In this document: piece after piece, positions 38,781 to 46,469 of the stretch
Numbering within the stretch: position 1 is the stretch's first letter
Layout: the number at the start of each line of letters is the position of its first letter
NCBI GenBank assembly: GCA_050739495.1
Contig: JBOIBL010000045.1
Location: forward strand, 1-50,145
Length of the DNA: 50,145 nt
Source of the DNA: Gammaproteobacteria bacterium
Lineage (GTDB): Bacteria > Pseudomonadota > Gammaproteobacteria > Natronospirales > REEB76
Direction of reading: 5' to 3'
Notes under the pieces: model-generated
Told to the model about the DNA's origin: nothing
What the model saw: the letters and a program-made list of their open reading frames with translations, nothing else
Database searches by the model: none
Translations under genes and position numbers: made by a program

Positions 38781-39971
38781 TCAATGGTGATGATGCCCGG
38801 CGTGATCGCTGTGATGGTCGTGGCCGTGATCATGCTGGCCGGATTCCATCATCCGCATCATCTGCGGACCGCCGCTGCGATAGAACGTGACCACCAGGAT
38901 GACTGCAACGATCAGGAACACGATATCAAGTACCGCAGTATAATTGAACGAGATTTGTGCCATGGCTACACCGATACTGCGCCGGACCGGCAACCAGCCG
39001 CACAATGCAAACAGCCCTTCGACGCATAATGCTGCGATCACCATCACCAGATAGAAACTCACGAACAGGAACAGTGCCGGTTTGCCGCCATAGTACTTGC
39101 GGTAGATGTTGAGGATGGGCGGGATGATCAGATCCCCGAATATGAATGCGGCGACACCGCCGAAGCTGATGCCGCCGTTCCACAGTACCGCTGCCAACGG
39201 CACGTTGCCGATCGAACAGGTGAACGCCAGTAATGCGATCAACGGGCCGATCACCGCACCCCATAACGCTGTCAGCCAGGGATCGTGGCCCTGGAAGAAG
39301 AATGCCTGCCAGAAATGTTGTGGTACCCATGCGCCGAGCGCACCGGCGATCAGGAGACCGGCTAGGATGTCCTTCCACACCATGCTCCAGTTCATCACGT
39401 AATAGTGACTGATCGCAATCCAACCCTGGCGGGATGACAGGCGCTCGCGCCAGCTGCCGGAACGCTTGCCCATCGCCATGGTGGCGTGGCCTTCCATGGC
39501 CCCGACGCTGTCGCCATGTGCATGTTTGATCGCAGCCTGTTCGAGTCGTCGCGGCAACAGCAAAGAATAACCCGCGGCCAGCAGTATCAGCATGATGGTA
39601 CCGCCGATGAATTCCGCAGCGGCGAACTGCCAGGCCATCAAGACCCAGAGCAACACGCCGAGCTCCAGCACCAGATTGGTCGCCGCGAACTGGAAAGCCA
39701 TGGCGGCCGTGAAATCACCGCCCTTGCGCACGATCGAGCGCGCCATCGCAACCGCGGCATAGGAACAGGAAGACGTCGCCGCGCCGAGCAGACCGGCGGT
39801 CGCAATCGAACGCGGACCACGATCCGGCAACAGTTTCGCCATCGTGTCCTTCGCTACCAGCACCTCGATGATCGCGGACAACGCGAAACCCAGACTCAAG
39901 CCCCAGAAGATCTGCCAGAACATGCTGAATGCCAGTGACAGAGCTTGGCCGATCGCGTTGAATAGATACAT
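38781..39971 (-). CDS. Predicted permease (PF03773/ArsP-like) with a C-terminal His-rich tail; metal transporter candidate
   Basis: About 10 TMS. LLGAATSSCSYAAVAMARS is typical of the family. The tail is QHDHGHDHHSDHAGHHHH. Confidence 0.7.
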   Translation of the reverse strand: MYLFNAIGQALSLAFSMFWQIFWGLSLGFALSAIIEVLVAKDTMAKLLPDRGPRSIATAGLLGAATSSCSYAAVAMARSIVRKGGDFTAAMAFQFAATNLVLELGVLLWVLMAWQFAAAEFIGGTIMLILLAAGYSLLLPRRLEQAAIKHAHGDSVGAMEGHATMAMGKRSGSWRERLSSRQGWIAISHYYVMNWSMVWKDILAGLLIAGALGAWVPQHFWQAFFFQGHDPWLTALWGAVIGPLIALLAFTCSIGNVPLAAVLWNGGISFGGVAAFIFGDLIIPPILNIYRKYYGGKPALFLFVSFYLVMVIAALCVEGLFALCGWLPVRRSIGVAMAQISFNYTAVLDIVFLIVAVILVVTFYRSGGPQMMRMMESGQHDHGHDHHSDHAGHHHH

Positions 39972-40044
39972 GACAGACTCCTGTTCGAATCGAGACTTGC
40001 CAGATTCAGTCTAGCCCCGCATCATGAAATGACAAAACGCTGCC

Positions 40045-41106
40045 ATGATCGATGTATCAGGCACAAACCGTGTCATTGATCCGGAGCCGCCCTTGCCCAA
40101 AACCAACCCGTTCTACGACCCAGGCAAACCGCACCATACTCCTTACGGGTTCCGCAATCCCGATCCGGAAGTGCGGATCGGCGGTGATTTCTGGCGCTGG
40201 CGGCGCTGGCGGCGCGAGCGGCGCGCAGCCCGTTTACCCAGACAACCCGAGGGTGGTTACACAGCGTTTGCCGAACGCTGGCTGGTACAACCCGATTTCA
40301 AGCTCGACCCAACGCATGTGACGCGACCTGCGGTGTGGTGGCTGGGACATGCCACGGTGCTGTTGCGCATCGCCGGTCGGCACATCATCACCGACCCGCA
40401 TCTTGCTCATCGCGCTTCGCCACTGCCGTTTCTGGGCCCTGACCGTAAGGTGCCGGCGCCGGCGAGCGTGCCGCAACTACCGAAGATTGACGCGGTATTG
40501 ATATCACACTGTCATTACGATCATCTGGATGCACAGACTGTCCACCAATTGTTGCGCGCTAATCCGGCGGTGGTGTTCTACGTCCCACTGGGCCTGGCCG
40601 ACTGGCTGCGTGCGCGTGGTGCAAAGCATGTCGAGGAACTTGACTGGTGGGATCAGCGCGACCAGGCGGAATTCGAGATCCATTGCGTACCGGCGCAGCA
40701 CTGGAGTGCGCGCACGCTGCTCGATCGCAATCGCACGCTGTGGTGCGGCTGGGTGGTGCGTGCGCCTGGATTCAATTTCTACTTCTCCGGCGACACCGGC
40801 TATATGCCGCAGCTCGCCGAAATCTCCATGCGTCTGGGCACGCCCGACCTCGCAGCGTTGCCGATCGGTGCCTACGAGCCGCGCTGGTTCATGCGCGGTC
40901 AGCACGTCAATCCGGAAGAAGCCGTGCGCCTGCATCGCGAACTGGGTATCACTCAGTCGCTGGCGATTCACTGGGGCACCTTCGAGCTTGCCGACGACAG
41001 CCTCGACGATCCGTTGCACGCGTTGAAACAATCGTTGCTTGAACAGGAAGTGAACAGCAGCGCGTTCTGGATAATCAAGCAAGGTGAGTCCCGTTTGATA
41101 CCCTAG
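40045..41106 (+). CDS. MBL-fold metallo-hydrolase (NAPE-PLD-like, Lactamase_B_2)
   Basis: FRNPDPE..., WWLGHATVLLRIAG and the VLISHCHYDHLD metal-binding motif. Confidence 0.8.
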   Translation: MIDVSGTNRVIDPEPPLPKTNPFYDPGKPHHTPYGFRNPDPEVRIGGDFWRWRRWRRERRAARLPRQPEGGYTAFAERWLVQPDFKLDPTHVTRPAVWWLGHATVLLRIAGRHIITDPHLAHRASPLPFLGPDRKVPAPASVPQLPKIDAVLISHCHYDHLDAQTVHQLLRANPAVVFYVPLGLADWLRARGAKHVEELDWWDQRDQAEFEIHCVPAQHWSARTLLDRNRTLWCGWVVRAPGFNFYFSGDTGYMPQLAEISMRLGTPDLAALPIGAYEPRWFMRGQHVNPEEAVRLHRELGITQSLAIHWGTFELADDSLDDPLHALKQSLLEQEVNSSAFWIIKQGESRLIP

Positions 41107-41109
41107 CTT

Positions 41110-41202
41110 TCAAAACGCCGGATGGACCGCCACTTCCGCCGGCGTGATGTCTGCCATGAAACCCGGACGCGGGGGCAGCAGCTTGCAGAAGAAATAGCGC
41201 AT
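41110..41202 (-). pseudogene. Possible truncated remnant of a YciI-like (dimeric alpha/beta-barrel) gene, 30 codons
   Basis: AAGGAAAA followed by ATG gives MRYFFCKLLPPRPGFMADITPAEVAVHPAF*. The first 22-25 residues match, from memory, the N-terminus of a YciI-family subgroup (M.YF.CKL.PPRP.F..DMT..E). The frame then stops, and the in-frame continuation is antisense to the MBL gene. Confidence 0.35.
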
Positions 41203-41235
41203 ATCGTTTTCCTTACCAGCCTGGTTTAATGTCTG

Positions 41236-41820
41236 TCATTCCAGCTGTTCAGCCAGCGCCCGCTCGATGCGGCGATCCGGGATCAGCCACATCAGTGCCA
41301 CCACGACAAACAGACATTGAGACAACCAGGCATGAAAAAATGCGACTGGAACCGCAATCGTGTAGATAACCGGGGACGCCTTGCCCTTGAAATCCCTGCC
41401 GATTGCATGCGCGAGCAGTGAACCGGTTCCCTGAGAAACGATAATCGTGTGCTGCAAGATCCAGTACGCCACCCCCGCCATCAGCAGTACCGCGCCGTAC
41501 AGTGCCGTGGGCACAGCGGCAAAATGATTCTCGCCCATCCAGCCGGTGACGAACGGGAACAGCGACAACCAGAACAACAGATGCAGGTTGGCCCACAGCA
41601 TGTTACCGCTGACCTTGGTCACGGTGTGCAGCATGTGGTGGTGGTTGTTCCAGTAAATACCGATATACACGAAACTGAGCACGTAACTCAGAAAGATCGG
41701 CAACAACGGAAAGAGAGCGCCAATGGAATCACCGTGCGGGACCTTCAGCTCCAGCACCATGATGGTGATGATAATCGCCAGCACGCCATCGCTGAACGCT
41801 TCCAGTCGGGTCTTCTGCAT
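41236..41820 (-). CDS. TMEM175-family (DUF1211) potassium channel
   Basis: RLEAFSDGVLAIIITIMVLEL is the signature first helix. There are six TMS. Confidence 0.85.
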   Translation of the reverse strand: MQKTRLEAFSDGVLAIIITIMVLELKVPHGDSIGALFPLLPIFLSYVLSFVYIGIYWNNHHHMLHTVTKVSGNMLWANLHLLFWLSLFPFVTGWMGENHFAAVPTALYGAVLLMAGVAYWILQHTIIVSQGTGSLLAHAIGRDFKGKASPVIYTIAVPVAFFHAWLSQCLFVVVALMWLIPDRRIERALAEQLE

Positions 41821-42008
41821 GGTGGTCTCCGCCCAGTACCGCCAGTAGGATCTTAATCCAATAACAAAGCGACTGTCGCTTTATTTTTCGACGATCACAC
41901 CGGGGGCAATTGCCGCGATACGTCGCATACTTCCCCTCCTGGTTATTTCCTACTGCTTTCCGTCTTCCACACCCATGTGGCCAAATCTGTCTGCCTCCGC
42001 TTGCGCAT

Positions 42009-42039
42009 AAAAAACCGGCGATGCACGTGGCATCGCCGG
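42009..42039 (-). terminator. Rho-independent terminator of the secreted-protein gene
   Basis: On the minus strand: CCGGCGATGC-cacgt-GCATCGCCGG followed by TTTTTT, about 25 nt after the stop codon at 42065. Confidence 0.8.
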
Positions 42040-42064
42040 CGATTGAAGCACTTCTTCCAATTTA

Positions 42065-43078
42065 TCAGTACGACAGCACGCAGCCGCCCGCATTGCTGTT
42101 GAAAGCATTGCTCCACAGCGACTGTACCGGGTAAGTATTGCCTCCGCCGAAGTTCACATTGGCCGACGCGCCCTGGCCCGACGAGATCCAGGCACACTTG
42201 TCGCCGTTCTCGGCGCCGCTGCCATCAAGCCAGCCGGTGCTCGGGAACTGATCCGAGATCGTCTCGGCCAGTTCGTGACCCTCGACAATGGTGATACCGG
42301 CATTGGGGCCCAGCCCATTGAAGTTGGCGCCGCAGCTGGCACCCGCATCCGTCATGTACGGCAGATTGGTGTAAGCCACATTGCCGTAGGACGAGCTGGT
42401 CGAGCTGTGATACGCACAATATTGCGTACCGAATCCGCTTGCACTGTGCCCGGTCGAGGTCGCGATCACATACTGCGCGCTGGCATTGCTGCCGGAGGAT
42501 GTATTGCCGAAATACGCGGCCGCACGCACTGCTTCGGCCGCCAACTGCGACTGACTCGGGCGGCTCGGTGCGGATGAACCGCTGTCATACCAGACACCCT
42601 GCAATATGCTGGCCGGGTTGCCCGCAGGAGTACCTGCGCCGTTGCAGAACGTGGTGCCGTTGGAAACGCCCTGACAGTACTGCGTCACACTGTTCAGCCA
42701 GGAGCTGCCGCCCACCGCGCCCAGGAAGGATTGCAAGATGGAGGCTTCGCCACTCGGGTCGTTGCCGGTCCATTGCGAACCCCACATGACCAGATAAACC
42801 TTCGGCGCAGTCTCGACGCCGATCCCGCCCGTGCCACCGTGGTAAGTCAGGTTGTTGGAACCACCACCACCGTGCCCGTGCCCGCCATGAGCCGGTTTAC
42901 GTGAATTGGCCGCACGCAGTTGATCCATCGCCTCGACCGTCGCATGGATCACGACCGGCCGTTGACCAGCCTCAAGGTATCTCACGTTACCCTCTGTTCC
43001 TGCCGGTGGCGCGCCGAACGCGATACCCGCAATCATCGTGAATGAAAGCCCCATCAAGAATTGCCATAAACGTTTCAT
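42065..43078 (-). CDS. Secreted Cys-rich protein of unknown function (337 aa)
   Basis: ATG at 43078 after GAGGAGA gives the signal peptide MKRLWQFLMGLSFTMIAGIAFGAP. The 124 in-frame codons upstream in the ORF track are not protein-like. It contains HGGHGHGGGG, LTYHGG...KVYLVMWGSQW, 10 Cys residues and GHELAE. Confidence 0.7.
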   Translation of the reverse strand: MKRLWQFLMGLSFTMIAGIAFGAPPAGTEGNVRYLEAGQRPVVIHATVEAMDQLRAANSRKPAHGGHGHGGGGSNNLTYHGGTGGIGVETAPKVYLVMWGSQWTGNDPSGEASILQSFLGAVGGSSWLNSVTQYCQGVSNGTTFCNGAGTPAGNPASILQGVWYDSGSSAPSRPSQSQLAAEAVRAAAYFGNTSSGSNASAQYVIATSTGHSASGFGTQYCAYHSSTSSSYGNVAYTNLPYMTDAGASCGANFNGLGPNAGITIVEGHELAETISDQFPSTGWLDGSGAENGDKCAWISSGQGASANVNFGGGNTYPVQSLWSNAFNSNAGGCVLSY

Positions 43079-43276
43079 GAACGTCTCCTCTATGATTGGT
43101 AGATCACAAGTAGGCTTTGTTATTGGAGTGGCGGACGCACGCGCCCGACGCCCGTTTGCAAGTGCAATACACAAACCCACGCCGACCACTTTCCCCCGAC
43201 CGCACGGTCCGGAGCAGCACCAGGCGCCGCTTTCAGGAGCGAACTGACTTTCAATGGAACCCCCGATCACGTTATG

Positions 43277-43351
43277 AAAAACCGGCATCAGCCGCCGGAT
43301 TCGCGCTGTCCCCCATCCTTCACTAACCGAAGTCCAATCCGGCGACAGCGC
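43277..43351 (-). promoter_or_regulatory. Structured 5' leader element with alternative helices and a terminator-like hairpin (possible attenuator or riboswitch expression platform)
   Basis: On the minus strand, GCGCUGUC (43351-43344) can pair with GACAGCGC (43310-43303). GCCGGAUU (43343-43336) can pair with AAUCCGGC (43301-43294). The latter segment overlaps the hairpin CCGGC-ggcugau-GCCGG (43298-43282), which is followed by U5 (43281-43277). Confidence 0.35.
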
Positions 43352-43798
43352 ATGAATGGTTATAGTAGATTTTTGCAGTATTGCCAGTGAATTTTCGCAA
43401 CAACCGGAAAGATAAAAGAACGCCAGGTTTCTAGACGCGAGGGAACCCAATCAGATTAAAGACTTACGAAGGACGACTTGCTTACGTCAAGAAGGAACAC
43501 TGCACAACCAAAGCGTTGCCAACTGACAATACATCGGGGAAAAGTTGGGCACTAAATCATTTCTATAGAAATCAGTTGCTGTATATCGTCAAATTACTGC
43601 GCAAAATGCAGCAATGATCTTGCTAAAATTTACGTCTACGTATCTATCCGTAGCAACCAGTATCGTAATTGCAGACTACCGCTATCGAAAAACATACTTG
43701 AAACACGGTATCAAGTTAGGCAATCCCGCATCTGATCACGCAAAAGGGCGCTGACCTGACCTGTTTTTTGAATGGTTAAAGTGATGGCAGCATCTTGT

Positions 43799-45556
43799 TT
43801 ATGGTTTGCGTTCTTGCTGACGCGCGGCTGGAATAATGTATTGCGGCACCAGTTCGGTCATGAACGGGTACCAGGTCTTGAAGTCGCCATAGTTTCCGGC
43901 GGTGAAGCCTACCACCACGTCCAACTCGGGAATGATCAGTACGAACTGGCCGCCGTTACCACCGGCCTCTTCAACTCGATAGGTTTTATCGCCGGACTTG
44001 AGATCGATGAGATGCCAGGCAAAACCGTAATGATGGTCGGGAGCGAATGCTGAATATGCTTGCAGCGACTGCCTCACCCAGCTTGCGGCAATCACCTGCT
44101 TGCCATGCCATTTGCCATGATCCAGATAAAGCTGGCCGAGTTTGAGCTGATCGCGCGGCCGCATACGCATGCCACCACCCATATAGGCTTCGCCGGTCGG
44201 CATCAGATTGATGTGATAGGTACTGATGTCCAGCGGCCCGGCAAAATATTGGTAGAAGAATTCCGGCAACGGCATGTCGATCGTGTCGCGTACCACACCG
44301 CCCAGCAGATTAATGCCGGCTGAACAGTAGACAGCCTGGCTGCCGCCAGGTGCGCGCTGCATGGGCAAATCGAGTGTGTACTTGTACCAATCCTGCTGCG
44401 CATGCTGGCCCTGCATCGTGTCTTCATTGCCTGGCGAATTCTCGTCGTCATCGTTACAGGCCAGCCCGGACGTCATCGTAAGCAGGTCCTTTACCGTCAT
44501 CGCTTTTTTGCTTGCATCCAGGTTTGCGATGGATTTGTATTGCGGGAACAGCGAATACACCGGCGTATCCAGCTTGAAAAGCGCCCCATGCTGCAGCGCC
44601 AACCCCACCAGCATACCGGCAAAAGTTTTGCCGGCAGAGCGCATGTCGTGAGTCTGTTCACGATCGTGGCCGTAAAAATACTGTTCCAGCACCAGTTTGC
44701 CATGGCGTGCAATCAACAAGCTGTGGATATAGGGCGTACTGAATCCGTGGTATTGGGTGTTGAGGATATGCTCGACCAGGGCGTTCAATGGCTTGGGATC
44801 CAGTCCGGCGCCGACGAGCGAGCCCGTGGCCCAGCCATCACTCGTGCGCACCGGCACGCGATAAGTGTAGGTCGTTGAGGCTGGTGTGGCCGGATAAAAG
44901 CCGGCGGCAGAATCCCGGTCGCGTTGCGTCAGATTCAGGGTGCGCCCAATCATCGGTATCTGGAGCTGCAACACATTCGAACCGGACTGATGGGTGGCAT
45001 GGAAGACGTCATGCTTGTTGTGTGCTCCGGTCAAGGTCAGTTCATCGTCTTGCACGCTGATTGCGTACGGATTGTCGTGTCCGAAATTGAAATCCGGATT
45101 GCGAAAATAACCCGTCAAACTGCCGTCCTCGGCCCGGTTGACCTGCAGATAAAGCGTAATCGAATCCGGCAGGGGCTGTACCTTGCCCTGCCAGACATCC
45201 TTTTCTGTTTCATGCAGGATCACCGGCGTCGCATACTCGCCACTGAGAATCACATCCGGAGCTTGAATCCATTGTCCGGTGATCTCTCCACTTTTGTCGG
45301 TCAATGCACCGCGGAACGAAGCCAGGCCTTCGGGCAACGTGAATTGCAGTGTGTGTCCTGTGTGTTGCACCGGTACGGCAAAGCCTGCGATCCGCGCCTG
45401 CCAATGCGGCAGGCGTGCATCGATGACAAGCAGGCCTTTGACTTGCGGACCGAACGTTTCATGGATGCCCCACAAACCCGTCACGCTGGAAGCAGGCGTA
45501 TCGGCGAAAGCAGCGGCGACAAAAAGACCGGTAACGATGGCGAGCAAGGTGCGCAT
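43799..45556 (-). CDS. Secreted serine hydrolase of the beta-lactamase/transpeptidase-like family with an N-terminal extra domain
   Basis: Signal peptide MRTLLAIVTGLFVAAAFA. The SxxK motif is RSAGKTF. The overall layout is class C/esterase-like and the protein is 585 aa. Confidence 0.75.
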   Translation of the reverse strand: MRTLLAIVTGLFVAAAFADTPASSVTGLWGIHETFGPQVKGLLVIDARLPHWQARIAGFAVPVQHTGHTLQFTLPEGLASFRGALTDKSGEITGQWIQAPDVILSGEYATPVILHETEKDVWQGKVQPLPDSITLYLQVNRAEDGSLTGYFRNPDFNFGHDNPYAISVQDDELTLTGAHNKHDVFHATHQSGSNVLQLQIPMIGRTLNLTQRDRDSAAGFYPATPASTTYTYRVPVRTSDGWATGSLVGAGLDPKPLNALVEHILNTQYHGFSTPYIHSLLIARHGKLVLEQYFYGHDREQTHDMRSAGKTFAGMLVGLALQHGALFKLDTPVYSLFPQYKSIANLDASKKAMTVKDLLTMTSGLACNDDDENSPGNEDTMQGQHAQQDWYKYTLDLPMQRAPGGSQAVYCSAGINLLGGVVRDTIDMPLPEFFYQYFAGPLDISTYHINLMPTGEAYMGGGMRMRPRDQLKLGQLYLDHGKWHGKQVIAASWVRQSLQAYSAFAPDHHYGFAWHLIDLKSGDKTYRVEEAGGNGGQFVLIIPELDVVVGFTAGNYGDFKTWYPFMTELVPQYIIPAARQQERKP

Positions 45557-45582
45557 GTCGGAATCCTTGAATCGGTGGCGTG

Positions 45583-46251
45583 TTATTTCAGACGGCGGGT
45601 GTTAATCCAGTCCTGCAGCGGTTTCAGGCCAGACTGCATGTTCTGCCGCAACGCGTTACAAGCGGCTTTGAGATCGCCCGCGTTCAGTGCCGTGAGAATG
45701 TGATCATGTTCCTCGAACGCGATATCGACATGTGCCGTCTCGCGGAAATAGGCGCGCTCGTAACGGCGGGTCAGGGTGATGAACTGTTCAATGTTCCAAA
45801 GCAACGCCCGGTTGGGACAGTGGGCGATCAGCAGCCGGTGCCACTGATTGTCGAGTTCCACGATCAGCTCGGGCTTGTGGGCTTTCACCAGTTTCGCGTT
45901 TAACGCCTCAAGTTCCTGCAACTGCTTCGCGGCGGGAATTCCCGCCATCGCCAGCGCCTCGGGGTCCAGCAGCGTCCGCATCGCGTAGAGGTCGGCGATC
46001 TCGGCGGCATCGAACGGTGCCACAAAAAAACCGCGACGCGGTTTGCTCTCGACCACGCCCTCGGCGACCAGGTTGATCAGGGCTTCCCGGAGCGGCGTAC
46101 GGCTGACCCCCAGCTCCCGGGAAAGGTGCACCTCATTGATACGGGTCCCGTCGGCCAGCTCCCCGACCGCGATCAGCTCATGCAGGCGGGCAGCCAGATC
46201 GTGGCCCAGATTGGGCCGGTCCGCGGCAAAATTCTGAATGGTCGATTGCAT
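45583..46251 (-). CDS. GntR-family transcriptional regulator (FadR/FCD subfamily)
   Basis: The winged helix-turn-helix is NEVHLSRELGVSRTPLREALINLVAEGVVESKPRRGFFV. The C-terminal part is a helical FCD-like domain. Confidence 0.85.
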   Translation of the reverse strand: MQSTIQNFAADRPNLGHDLAARLHELIAVGELADGTRINEVHLSRELGVSRTPLREALINLVAEGVVESKPRRGFFVAPFDAAEIADLYAMRTLLDPEALAMAGIPAAKQLQELEALNAKLVKAHKPELIVELDNQWHRLLIAHCPNRALLWNIEQFITLTRRYERAYFRETAHVDIAFEEHDHILTALNAGDLKAACNALRQNMQSGLKPLQDWINTRRLK

Positions 46252-46263
46252 ACTGTATACAGT
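46252..46263. promoter_or_regulatory. 12-bp perfect palindrome ACTGTATACAGT abutting the gntR start codon (candidate autoregulatory operator)
   Basis: Read directly from the sequence. It contains the GT-N-AC core typical of GntR operators. No Shine-Dalgarno sequence is visible between it and the ATG. Confidence 0.45.
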
Positions 46264-46469
46264 TTATCAGGCGATTCGTCTCCTGACAAGCAGGGGGATC
46301 GGCCGTTTGTGCGACAAACGCAGCATCCGGAACCACCCAGGCGGCTGCGCACCGCTTTGCCATTCGTCAAATTTGATGCGGAAGCTGATGGAGAATATCG
46401 GCAGGAACAAGGCGGGGGATTACCGAAAAAGGTATCCCCTTTAGATTGGGTTTTCAGTGCCACCGGAAC

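Noticed and set aside
39983-39991. GTTCGAATC, a T-loop-like motif that might indicate a tRNA.
   Set aside because: The intergenic region is only 73 nt long. It has no acceptor, D-arm or anticodon-arm complementarity. It is the divergent promoter region of the permease and MBL genes.
41866-41890. The hairpin AAAGCGA-ctg-TCGCTTT followed by ATTTTT on the plus strand, which looks like a terminator.
   Set aside because: No plus-strand gene or candidate sRNA lies upstream of it; only the antisense of the TMEM175 start is there. The stem is 7 bp with a 3-nt loop. It probably just sits in the TMEM175 promoter or leader region.
43079-43450. The 124-codon in-frame N-terminal extension of the secreted-protein ORF. 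Similar upstream extensions occur at 12446, 5967, 37568, 24300, 34067 and 22887.
   Set aside because: The extensions have no protein-like composition. In each case an internal start is preceded by a good Shine-Dalgarno sequence and opens directly into a signal peptide or a conserved N-terminus.
46431-46440. The 10-mer GGTATCCCCT is shared with 49572-49581, where it is part of the small hairpin TAGGGG-TAT-CCCCTA. A similar TAGGG-TATAT-CCCTA occurs near 23029-23043.
   Set aside because: About a thousand chance pairs of identical 10-mers are expected in 50 kb. The contexts differ and the stems are only 5-6 bp. This is not enough to call a repeat family.
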